A stretch of 36,125 bases of DNA from a virus (taxonomy: Duplodnaviria > Heunggongvirae > Uroviricota > Caudoviricetes). A model generated the notes under the pieces. The model made no database searches and had not been told where the DNA came from. It saw only the letters and a program-made list of their open reading frames with translations. This document shows, in pieces, positions 28,203 through 36,125 of the stretch. Location of the stretch: IMG/VR virus record IMGVR_UViG_2651869781_000013. One strand, given 5' to 3'. Each line of letters opens with the position of its first letter. Within the stretch, counting starts at the first letter, position 1. Both the position numbers and the translations under genes were made by a program.

Positions 28203-30617
28203 TTAATACAGGTTTCGCCACTTATCATCTTCCTGCAAACGCTGGTTCCGATAGAAGATACGCAGGCCTGCTCCTGACGGAATACTGCCGCCGCGAAGCA
28301 GTAAATCGACCTCTTTCTCGCTGCCATCAAATCCCCTGGACTTCAGTTCATACACGAGCTGCTGTCGCTGATGATCTGTAATTCGCTGTTTGTAGTCTTT
28401 ACGCCGTTTCGGTTTTACAAGGCGTAACCTTGCTGCCAGTTCCCGGCGCTCTTTTTTGCTCATACTGTGCAGGTAATCGTGCAACTCCTTGTCATCCATG
28501 CGGGTGATATCCGTTCTGGTATCTCCATCAGCTGATTTGTCTTTCCCTTGTTGGTACAAATTTTCAGCAAGGGGACAGTTATTGCCACGAGTCCAAGGGG
28601 CGCAAGCGCCCTGGTCGGCTGCCGCCTCCTGAACGTCAACGGCTTTACGAACCATTTTCCACTTCACTGCATGAGTGCAGATCTTGCCCTCTGCAATGGG
28701 TGACCAGATGCCATAAATACGAATGCCGTGATCGCCATAGGCGGTCGGCTCTTCGTTGATTTCATAAGCGGTTCTGATGAGGTGATATTTACGGGGAACC
28801 AGTACGCCGCCCTGCTTCATGATGTAGGTGGCAAAACAACCAGCATCAGCAGCAGCCAGAATGGCATCAAGACGCGGGTTATCCAGTACCGGCGCACCTG
28901 CTTTTTTGTCACCCTGTTGCCTTGCCGCCTGACCAGCCAGCAAGCGAAGTTCACGGTAAGCCTGACGCCCCGGAATACCAAAGAAGCGGAATTGCTGAAC
29001 ACGATGCAGAGACGCCCAGGCATTCACGTATTCAGCGTTATCACGCAGAGATTTACCCGTTTCCTTGCTGATCTCGCCAGCCAGACCACGACCGTCAATG
29101 TTCTTACTGATATATTTCGCGATGTAGCTTGTCGGCGTTCCTTTGCGCGGGTTAATCAACTCAGACTTAAAGCGCGGCCCAGTGTTATTGCCCAGCTCCT
29201 CGCGGTCTTCACGAATGGCAAACTTACGCAGTAATGCAGTGATGGCACGGCGGTCTTTTTTGCGCATGAAACACAACAGGTGCCAGTGAACTGTGCCATC
29301 ATGATGCGGCTCAGCCACCCGCACGCCATACCAGCGCAACCCGGCTTTGTGCATCGCCTTACGAAATGCAGCAAACATGCCGACCAGATAATCGCTGCTT
29401 TGTCTTACCGTCGCGTTTGTCCAGGTCGGGTTTGGTCTGCCGTTATTTAGCGTGGAATGGAAACGCGACGGACAGGTGATAGTGTAGAAAACGGCGCAGT
29501 CACCGCGCATTTCCGCGATAAGCTCCAGACCTTTAACACAGGCCATCATCTCATTGCGGCGATGCGCAGGGTTGCTGCTGCTGGCGTTTACCACATCCTC
29601 CATGTCCAGCGTGTCGCCGTCTTCGTTCACCAGTTCATGAGAACGGAAAAACTCCAGCGACTTACGGCGCTGCTCACGTTTATGCAACACGGCTTCATAG
29701 CTGACATAGGGAGATGCTTTTTTGCTGACAAGGCAGACAGCACGCAACTGCTCTTCCCGCCATTCGCAACGCATCTTCCATAATTTCCGATACCACCAGT
29801 CGGCGCACAACATACGCGCCAGCGAACCCGGAATGAGTTCATAGGGCACGGGTTTACGGCGGTTTCTTTTCCGACGGAGTTGCTCAAACGCAGGCGGGAT
29901 TACATCCAGACGCAGGGTTTTCGCTGCCACCCTTTCCCATGTATTGCGGATTTCTTCTGGCTTAACGTCATCGGTGGCATACAAATCGCCACAAGCGGCA
30001 TCAAGGCACATACTCATATGCGCAGCTACCAGGGTGGACAGGCGTTTCACCTGATCCTGACTCATTTCAGGCAGGAACAGCAGGCCGTCCAGCCCTTCAT
30101 GGCTTGCCATAAAGCGAAAAGATGCAGATAGCTGACTGTCGCGTACATGCTCCAGTCGTTCCAGACATGGCTTAATCGTCTCACGTAAATAGCGGGAATA
30201 AGCCTTTGGCCTGCCAAGGCTGCTGAAGTATTCAATACGTTGCATCAGCGGCTTGCTGATATGGGAAGGCTGGGCGTTGACGTCCGCCAGAATGACCATA
30301 TCCGGATTAAAACGCTGCTGCTCATGCACCAGCTTTGCCCGACTAATGAGCTTATCCTGTTCCATTTCGCGCTGGACAGGATCACGGGATTCATTAAAGA
30401 AATAACGCTCCCAGACCTGATCACTCAGCGCCTCACGGCGCAGCTGTTCCTGCTCGTTATCGGCAGCGTACAGAGTGATCAGGTTTGAAAGCGTAGAAAC
30501 CGGCGCAACTTCCACCGGGTCCAGATAAGGGTTAATGGCCTTTTTCGGGCTGTTCCATGAGAACGATGCGGCAGCTTCGTTAAAGCCGCAGCAGTTGTTC
30601 ATATCGGCATGACTCAT
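28203..30617 (-). CDS. A: replication initiation protein gpA (rolling-circle nickase family)
   Basis: 804 aa; contains [12 protein letters not shown]-type motif; positioned as in P2/186. Confidence 0.85.
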   Translation of the reverse strand: MSHADMNNCCGFNEAAASFSWNSPKKAINPYLDPVEVAPVSTLSNLITLYAADNEQEQLRREALSDQVWERYFFNESRDPVQREMEQDKLISRAKLVHEQQRFNPDMVILADVNAQPSHISKPLMQRIEYFSSLGRPKAYSRYLRETIKPCLERLEHVRDSQLSASFRFMASHEGLDGLLFLPEMSQDQVKRLSTLVAAHMSMCLDAACGDLYATDDVKPEEIRNTWERVAAKTLRLDVIPPAFEQLRRKRNRRKPVPYELIPGSLARMLCADWWYRKLWKMRCEWREEQLRAVCLVSKKASPYVSYEAVLHKREQRRKSLEFFRSHELVNEDGDTLDMEDVVNASSSNPAHRRNEMMACVKGLELIAEMRGDCAVFYTITCPSRFHSTLNNGRPNPTWTNATVRQSSDYLVGMFAAFRKAMHKAGLRWYGVRVAEPHHDGTVHWHLLCFMRKKDRRAITALLRKFAIREDREELGNNTGPRFKSELINPRKGTPTSYIAKYISKNIDGRGLAGEISKETGKSLRDNAEYVNAWASLHRVQQFRFFGIPGRQAYRELRLLAGQAARQQGDKKAGAPVLDNPRLDAILAAADAGCFATYIMKQGGVLVPRKYHLIRTAYEINEEPTAYGDHGIRIYGIWSPIAEGKICTHAVKWKMVRKAVDVQEAAADQGACAPWTRGNNCPLAENLYQQGKDKSADGDTRTDITRMDDKELHDYLHSMSKKERRELAARLRLVKPKRRKDYKQRITDHQRQQLVYELKSRGFDGSEKEVDLLLRGGSIPSGAGLRIFYRNQRLQEDDKWRNLY

Positions 30618-31471
30618 GCACGTACTCCGTACACGGCAGAACTATCCACGCCACGCGAATAATCAAATCCCACCCAGCAGCGCGGCCCGGAAACAGCAAT
30701 GATTTCTGTTGCTGATTTACCCTCGCCAGCTGCCACACCGATGCTGCGTTTTGCCTTGATGTAGTGGTGAGTAAAATTGCGATACAGCGAACGGATCAGG
30801 GATGTGTCACTGTTAGAAACAATGACCGGATGTCCTTCTGATGACCGATGTTCAAGAACAGATGCCAGGTGATACTGGTCATCTTCAGTGAAGCCGTCAG
30901 TGTGATAGCCGGAAAACGTACCGTCATACGGCGGATCGCAATACACCACATCCCCCGCCTTCAACATCGCCAGCGTTTCATCAAAGCTGGCGCAGATAAA
31001 CGTTGCTCGCTGGGCCTTTTCTGCAAATGCGCGAATTTCTTTTTCAGGGAAATACGGATTTTTATAATTACCGTAGGGAATGTTGAAATGCCCGCTCTTG
31101 TTATAGCGACATAAACCACGGTAACCGTGACGATTGAGATACAGGAAATATACCGCTTTCATGAAATCAGTAATTTCAGTGGAGTAATTAAACTCCTGCC
31201 TTATGTTGTAATAAGCCACCTCCCTGTTTGCGATCTCAAATAAAACTCTGGCGCGAGATATAAACGATTCACAATCAGCGGCAACCTTTTTATAGAGGTT
31301 GATTAAATCAGGATTAATATCCGCAACCAGATAGCTGGGGTAATCCGTCTCCATCATCACAGCACAGGAACCCGCGAAAGGTTCAACCAGTCGCGGGCCA
31401 GCAGGAAGGTGTTTTTTCAGTTCGGACATAATGGCGGTTTTATTTCCCGCCCATTTCAGGATGGTGCTCAT
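30614..31471 (-). CDS. DNA N6-adenine methyltransferase (Dam-like)
   Basis: 285 aa from ATG 31471; motifs LKWAGNK (SAM binding) and DPPY; stop overlaps the A start. Confidence 0.8.
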   Translation of the reverse strand: MSTILKWAGNKTAIMSELKKHLPAGPRLVEPFAGSCAVMMETDYPSYLVADINPDLINLYKKVAADCESFISRARVLFEIANREVAYYNIRQEFNYSTEITDFMKAVYFLYLNRHGYRGLCRYNKSGHFNIPYGNYKNPYFPEKEIRAFAEKAQRATFICASFDETLAMLKAGDVVYCDPPYDGTFSGYHTDGFTEDDQYHLASVLEHRSSEGHPVIVSNSDTSLIRSLYRNFTHHYIKAKRSIGVAAGEGKSATEIIAVSGPRCWVGFDYSRGVDSSAVYGVRA

Positions 31472-31695
31472 ACAGCACCTCCGTTGTAATGTTTGCCTTT
31501 CAGCTCTGCGATTTCCTGGCAGGTAATGCAAAGCTGCACTCCCGGAATGGCGCGGCGTCGTGCTGGCGGAATTGGCGCTTCACATTCAATACAAAGCACG
31601 CGAGACACGCCCGGTGTTTTGGCACGGGCAGCACGAATATGGCGCTGGCGTTCTTCTTCAACGCGCTGCTGTACGAGATCCATTGCATCAGCCAT
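31468..31695 (-). CDS. TraR/DksA-family C4 zinc-finger protein
   Basis: 75 aa with CIECEAPIPPARRRAIPGVQLCITCQ (CxxC-N17-CxxC). Confidence 0.7.
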   Translation of the reverse strand: MADAMDLVQQRVEEERQRHIRAARAKTPGVSRVLCIECEAPIPPARRRAIPGVQLCITCQEIAELKGKHYNGGAV

Positions 31696-31928
31696 TAGTG
31701 GATCTCCTGCGCTTCGTTCTGGATTGCTTCAGCAGTTACACGCAGTAGTTCTGCTGCTTCCACGTGGTTTAGCTGACGGGATGAGATATGACACGCCAGG
31801 CTATCAAGGCGAGCTGCCATTGCTTCAGCCCTTGCCCGGCGTTCTTCCAGACGAGCCACTGTCAGTAAAATATTAAGCCCTGCATCATCCGATCCGGTTT
31901 TAGTCGTGAGGATCTCAATATTACGCAT
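31695..31928 (-). CDS. hypothetical early protein
   Basis: 77 aa from ATG 31928 with RBS AGGAG; in the early operon. Confidence 0.45.
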   Translation of the reverse strand: MRNIEILTTKTGSDDAGLNILLTVARLEERRARAEAMAARLDSLACHISSRQLNHVEAAELLRVTAEAIQNEAQEIH

Positions 31929-31995
31929 AATCAATTCTCCTGAATTTAGATAAAGGGATGCTCGGCGGGTTTACGCCATTAATTTCATTAGTTGG

Positions 31996-32337
31996 TTAAT
32001 TCGGCATGGTTAGCCGTCTGGGAAATAAGCTCACCACTGCACGAAAATGATTCATTGCTTTAATCAACTCCCGCTTTTCGTCAGTGGTCAGCTCATTGAT
32101 GCTGATGCTATGACGTTCAGCCGGAATTTTTGCCATAAAGAATATGGCTGCCAGTGCTCGTTTATTTTGTTCGTTATTGATATCCCGTGGATCACGCATA
32201 TCTTTAATAAACCGCTCAAGCTCTGACTCAATATTCAGGCCAAAAACTTTTGCCCTTAATTCCGCTATGTGATTAAGTCCATTCAGGCGTTCACCGGGGC
32301 TTAATGGAACAGTCGCCGCAGCGCCTTCAATAGCCAT
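31996..32337 (-). CDS. hypothetical early protein
   Basis: 113 aa, ATG with RBS GGGGG. Confidence 0.5.
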   Translation of the reverse strand: MAIEGAAATVPLSPGERLNGLNHIAELRAKVFGLNIESELERFIKDMRDPRDINNEQNKRALAAIFFMAKIPAERHSISINELTTDEKRELIKAMNHFRAVVSLFPRRLTMPN

Positions 32338-32501
32338 TTGTTCCCCCGTTTTTTCGTAGATAGTTCTGCCAGCAATTCATCTTGTGAACGGCACGGATGC
32401 CAGCGTTTACCATCCTCACCCATGATCCAGCCGTGACCGTAGTGCATTGCCGGGCTTTGTTTTACCAGCAGCGATGCAAATGATGGTTCTTTCGTCAGCA
32501 T
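32301..32501 (-). CDS. hypothetical early protein
   Basis: 66 aa from ATG 32501 with RBS GAGGTG; overlaps the next gene. Confidence 0.4.
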   Translation of the reverse strand: MLTKEPSFASLLVKQSPAMHYGHGWIMGEDGKRWHPCRSQDELLAELSTKKRGNKWLLKALRRLFH

Positions 32502-32508
32502 AAGCACC

Positions 32509-33018
32509 TCACAGCAAACCGAATGAAGCACCGAGGCCAGTCACGGTATCAACTGCACTCGCCATCGCAGGATTAGCCTGTAAACGGGCCTGCAATGAAA
32601 CAGCAGCCAGCGCCATCAGTCGTGTTACAGAGTTAATGCTGCTGATAGCATCACGACGACCGGCACTAGTTTTTACATCACCAGATACCGCACCTGCTGC
32701 AACACGTCCGATCTCTGCAGTTGCGCTCATGACGTAATGCGGCAGTTTCTCTTTTGCAACCTCATTAATCGGTACACATGGCAGGCAGTGAATCTGTGCC
32801 AGAAAACCATCTACCAGCGTTGAATCTTCAGTCAGATCGGTAAGCAGCCAGATTTCTGGTGCGGTTAATAAATGAGGCTGAGCTGGGTTCAGCTTGTTCC
32901 GCAGAATCTGCACATTCATGCCTGCACGTTCTGCCAGTTGCACCAGATTGTGGCGCAGTGCAAATGCACGACAGGCTTCATCAAAATGTGGATGTTTGGA
33001 AACTTGGTAATCAAACAT
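32509..33018 (-). CDS. cII: CII-like lysogeny-establishment activator (phage 186 type)
   Basis: 169 aa from ATG 33018: [24 protein letters not shown]...QILRNKLNP; closely resembles recalled 186 CII. Confidence 0.85.
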   Translation of the reverse strand: MFDYQVSKHPHFDEACRAFALRHNLVQLAERAGMNVQILRNKLNPAQPHLLTAPEIWLLTDLTEDSTLVDGFLAQIHCLPCVPINEVAKEKLPHYVMSATAEIGRVAAGAVSGDVKTSAGRRDAISSINSVTRLMALAAVSLQARLQANPAMASAVDTVTGLGASFGLL

Positions 33019-33050
33019 GGTCAATGCCTCTGATGTATTTCAGAATCGAA

Positions 33051-33272
33051 CTAATTAAGGTTTAGATTGCATTCTGAAAGCGCATCAACGGTCATGGCTG
33101 CTATGTTGATCATCACTTTTTCGCGTTTTTTATCTTTGCGCAAACGGTGACGGATAAGGCGTCCATCAGCCAACATGTCATTGATGGTATCGATGGACAG
33201 TCCTGTCAGCTCGCTATAGCGTTCAATAGTCACATGAGGCGTGGTAAGAGTGATTGAAATGTTAGGTCTCAT
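33051..33272 (-). CDS. apl: Apl/Cox-like excisionase and early repressor
   Basis: 73-aa basic protein, first gene of the early operon immediately upstream of cII. Confidence 0.65.
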   Translation of the reverse strand: MRPNISITLTTPHVTIERYSELTGLSIDTINDMLADGRLIRHRLRKDKKREKVMINIAAMTVDALSECNLNLN

Positions 33273-33397
33273 GATGCAACATTCCTCGTTTAATGATGAT
33301 TAATCAGGACGAATACGGATCGTTTGTATTTTGTGAACACCATAAACATACGATCGCACTGTGAAATCGTCAAGATAAAAGTTCACTTGGAGTGACC
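33273..33397. promoter_or_regulatory. lysis-lysogeny switch region (divergently arranged apl and cI)
   Basis: 125-bp AT-rich interval between the apl and cI starts with repeated TGTGAA/GTTCAC elements; exact operators and promoters not resolved. Confidence 0.4.
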
Positions 33398-33967
33398 ATG
33401 AATTTGGAGAAAGGCGGACGAGGCGCTATAGAGCGCATGGTAGAAGCTTATGGATTCAAAACTCGACAGGCGTTGTGCGATCATTTAGGAATCTCTAAAA
33501 GTACACTCGCTACACGCTACATGCGTGACTCATTCCCAGCAGAATGGGTAATCCAGTGCGCCCTTGAAACGGGCACCTCGCTTAATTGGCTCACAACTGG
33601 ACATGGTTCAAAGCAAACTTCAGGTAATACAAATACGATGGAAGTTGCTAAATATGTATTATCTGATGGTGCCTTGCGTGAAGACGGTTTTTATATTTTT
33701 GATAAGGGATTTCTACCCTCTACGTTTAAAAAACCTTTTGTCATCACAGATAACAATTCTGAATTTATTTGTGATAAAGAATTTGATGATATACGTGATG
33801 GTAAATGGGTAATAAGTATTGATGGCGAAATAACAATCCGCGACATTACTCGTTTACCCGGTGGAAGAATCTTCGTTGAAGGTGGAAACAGATCCTTCGA
33901 GTGCAAGATAGAAGATGTTGAAATAATTGGAAAAATTATAAGTTTAACAATTAAGTACGTTAGGTAA
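33398..33967 (+). CDS. cI: CI-like immunity repressor
   Basis: 189 aa from ATG 33398; N-terminal HTH (LGISKSTLATRYMRD); position as in 186. Confidence 0.65.
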   Translation: MNLEKGGRGAIERMVEAYGFKTRQALCDHLGISKSTLATRYMRDSFPAEWVIQCALETGTSLNWLTTGHGSKQTSGNTNTMEVAKYVLSDGALREDGFYIFDKGFLPSTFKKPFVITDNNSEFICDKEFDDIRDGKWVISIDGEITIRDITRLPGGRIFVEGGNRSFECKIEDVEIIGKIISLTIKYVR

Positions 33968-33982
33968 TACCGGGAGGAAACT

Positions 33983-34174
33983 ATGCTTGGTAAGGTATTT
34001 TTTGTGGTTTTATCATGCTCTTTGTTATTAAACCCACTAACTACCTATGCTAAAAATTATCCTTGTTCTGGGAAAAAGGGAGGTGTCTCTCACTGTACCT
34101 CCGATGGAAAGTTCGTTTGCAATGATGGAACTATTAGTAAATCAAAAAAAATCTGTACTAAAAACTCGCGATAA
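33983..34174 (+). CDS. small secreted cysteine-containing protein (moron)
   Basis: 63 aa, RBS GGAGG; signal peptide [23 protein letters not shown]; basic mature part with 4 Cys; AT-rich. Confidence 0.5.
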   Translation: MLGKVFFVVLSCSLLLNPLTTYAKNYPCSGKKGGVSHCTSDGKFVCNDGTISKSKKICTKNSR

Positions 34175-34360
34175 TTTTTGCTTTTATATCTGCGCCTAAT
34201 ATAACAATGAGCCGCAGGCTAACCGCAAAAGTCACATACTCACATAGCAAAAAATAGCCAACTTCATTATGGCTTCAGTGAGATGTATGGTCGCAAGATT
34301 TCATACATTGACACTGGTTATACATACAGTAAAAATGCTCTCTATTGGAGGGCATTTTTT

Positions 34361-35392
34361 ATGGCAGTACGAAAACTCACCACAGGAAAATGGCTTTGCG
34401 AATGTTACCCCGCCGGACGTAGTGGGCGTCGTGTGCGTAAACAATTCGCCACCAAAGGCGAAGCACTGGCTTTTGAGCGTCACACGATGGAAGAAACCGA
34501 AGCAAAGCCCTGGCTGGGCGAATCAGTAGATCGTCGAACCCTGAAAGACGTGGTTGAGCTATGGTTCAAACTACATGGTAAATCTCTGACTGCTGGGCAG
34601 CATGTCTATGACAAATTGCTGCTGATGGTTGACGCTCTGGGCAATCCCCTTGCAACCGATCTCACATCTAAAATGTTTGCCCATTATCGAGATAAACGAC
34701 TGACAGGTGAGATCTACTTCAGCGAGAAATGGAAGAAAGGGGCCAGCCCGGTCACCATTAACCTGGAGCAAAGCTATCTAAGTAGTGTTTTTAGCGAACT
34801 ATCCCGCCTGGGCGAATGGTCGTATCCAAACCCACTGGAGAACATGCGAAAATTCACCATCGCAGAAAAAGAGATGGCATGGCTTACCCATGAGCAGATT
34901 GTTGAACTGCTGGATGATTGCAAACGTCAGGACCCAATTCTGGCACTGGTAGTCAAGATATGCTTAAGCACAGGCGCACGCTGGCGAGAAGCAATAAACC
35001 TTACCCGATCACAGGTGACCAAATACCGAATTACCTTTGTAAGAACGAAGGGGAAGAAAAACAGAAGCATCCCTATCAGTAAAGAGCTTTATGAAGAGAT
35101 CATGGCGCTTGATGGGTTCAATTTCTTCACAGACTGCTATTTTCAATTTTTATCCGTGATGGAAAAAACGTCTATCGTGCTCCCTCGCGGTCAACTTACA
35201 CACGTTCTGCGTCATACGTTTGCGGCGCATTTCATGATGTCGGGTGGAAACATCCTTGCTTTGCAAAAAATCCTCGGACATCACGACATAAAAATGACTA
35301 TGCGTTATGCTCATCTATCACCTGATCACTTAGAGACAGCTCTTCGTTTCAATCCACTAGCAACTTTGGATGTTACTAAATCAGATTCTTAA
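34361..35392 (+). CDS. int: tyrosine integrase (P2/186 family)
   Basis: 343 aa from ATG 34361; C-terminal motifs R...HxLRHT...Y (LTHVLRHTFA ... MTMRYAHL); adjacent to attL. Confidence 0.85.
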   Translation: MAVRKLTTGKWLCECYPAGRSGRRVRKQFATKGEALAFERHTMEETEAKPWLGESVDRRTLKDVVELWFKLHGKSLTAGQHVYDKLLLMVDALGNPLATDLTSKMFAHYRDKRLTGEIYFSEKWKKGASPVTINLEQSYLSSVFSELSRLGEWSYPNPLENMRKFTIAEKEMAWLTHEQIVELLDDCKRQDPILALVVKICLSTGARWREAINLTRSQVTKYRITFVRTKGKKNRSIPISKELYEEIMALDGFNFFTDCYFQFLSVMEKTSIVLPRGQLTHVLRHTFAAHFMMSGGNILALQKILGHHDIKMTMRYAHLSPDHLETALRFNPLATLDVTKSDS

Positions 35393-35402
35393 AGGTTCAA
35401 GC

Positions 35403-36125
35403 ATGGTTAAGTTTTTGTTTCAATTCCCAATATTCGACTTCTCCTTAACATTTGATATTATCGAGACGTTAATCACTCATAGCGAATCATCAATCGCTAA
35501 GGGTATAGCAGAATATAAAGACAAAGGACCTGAAGAATATATAATTGAAATATCTCCGGAAGATGGTGTATATCAGTCAATTGATCATTACATGGGACTC
35601 ACCAGCTCATCGCTAGATCTCGATGAAATGTTTTTAGAATACTACCCAAGTATTATCCGCAGGTCAGTATTCTTAACTATATTCGGAATTTTTGAGCACG
35701 AAATAGAAAAATTCTGTAACAACTTTGCTAATAGACATCATTCTCCTATAAATGTTTCAGATCTCAAAGGAAGTGGATTTGAGAGGAGTCATCTATTTAT
35801 CAAAAAAATGATAGGGATGAAGTCAACATCCCACTATTCGAATATCAAAAAAATAACAAAATTAAGAAACAGTTGTGCGCATAATGATGCAAAATACTTA
35901 GAAAACGATGGGCAAAATATTAAAAGCATTATTGAACTTATAGAAAAATATCCTGATTTTTTTAAAAAAGATGGAAAACAGGTCCTATTTATGGAGGGCT
36001 CGTTAAGCATGATCTTGAACTCATTCAAAGAGTATCTTTCTGATGTTGAAAGAGCCTTAGATGAATTCGAAAAACAAAGCACTAGTGGCGACAAAGTGGC
36101 GGCAGCGGTTGGCATTACCCCGTAA
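35403..36125 (+). CDS. hypothetical AT-rich cargo protein with possible HEPN Rx4H motif
   Basis: 240 aa from ATG 35403 (alternative ATG 35370 inside the int 3' end); motif KLRNSCAHN; last about 13 codons cross the attL core. Confidence 0.45.
   Translation: MVKFLFQFPIFDFSLTFDIIETLITHSESSIAKGIAEYKDKGPEEYIIEISPEDGVYQSIDHYMGLTSSSLDLDEMFLEYYPSIIRRSVFLTIFGIFEHEIEKFCNNFANRHHSPINVSDLKGSGFERSHLFIKKMIGMKSTSHYSNIKKITKLRNSCAHNDAKYLENDGQNIKSIIELIEKYPDFFKKDGKQVLFMEGSLSMILNSFKEYLSDVERALDEFEKQSTSGDKVAAAVGITP
36086..36107. repeat. attL core (prophage left junction)
   Basis: TGGCGACAAAGTGGCGGCAGCG, 21/22 identical to 2834-2855. Confidence 0.7.

Larger units (their letters stand above)
2834..36107. mobile_element. 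P2/186-family prophage (Myoviridae-type temperate phage), apparently intact
   Basis: Complete P2 late gene order plus 186-type early genes between a 22-bp direct repeat (TGGCGACAAA[A/G]TGGCGGCAGCG) at 2834-2855 and 36086-36107. Confidence 0.85.

Noticed and set aside
28728-29234. 168-aa plus-strand ORF
   Set aside because: Antisense within replication gene A.
34283-34360. Upstream extension of int to 34283
   Set aside because: The ATG at 34361 has a GGAGG RBS and gives MAVRKLTTGKW, a typical integrase N-terminus; the extension lacks start signals.
1-36125. CRISPR array or other regularly spaced direct repeats
   Set aside because: No series of short direct repeats with uniform spacers found on reading; the only notable repeats are the att cores, the gix-like sites and the TGT-N12-ACA dyads.

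Overview
The window is a short stretch of Enterobacteriaceae chromosome (grxA, ybjM, ybjL) followed by an essentially complete P2/186-family prophage of about 33.3 kb (2834..36107), bounded by a 22-bp imperfect direct repeat (attR next to ogr, attL beyond int). All calls come from reading the sequence and from recalled protein families; no database search was run. The prophage is a mosaic: a P2-type late region (ogr, D, U, T, E/E', FII, FI, H, G-like Tfa, I, J, W, V, S, R, lysis cassette, X, L, M, N, O, P, Q) and a 186-type early region (apl, cII, CI-like repressor, int, replication protein A, Dam methylase, TraR/DksA-like protein, LexA-boxed tum/DinI-like module). Sequence-level features include the E/E' -1 frameshift site (T TTT TTG), TGT-N12-ACA late-promoter dyads in front of FI, V and O, a Gin/Hin-type invertase with two gix-like crossover sites defining a ~1.8-kb invertible tail-fibre segment, and a probable cos site. 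The best candidates for an undescribed system are AT-rich cargo: a three-gene operon between cos and portal gene Q (24906..27255), a putative HEPN-motif protein between int and attL (35403..36125), and a small secreted cysteine-containing protein between cI and int. None of these has a confident family assignment.
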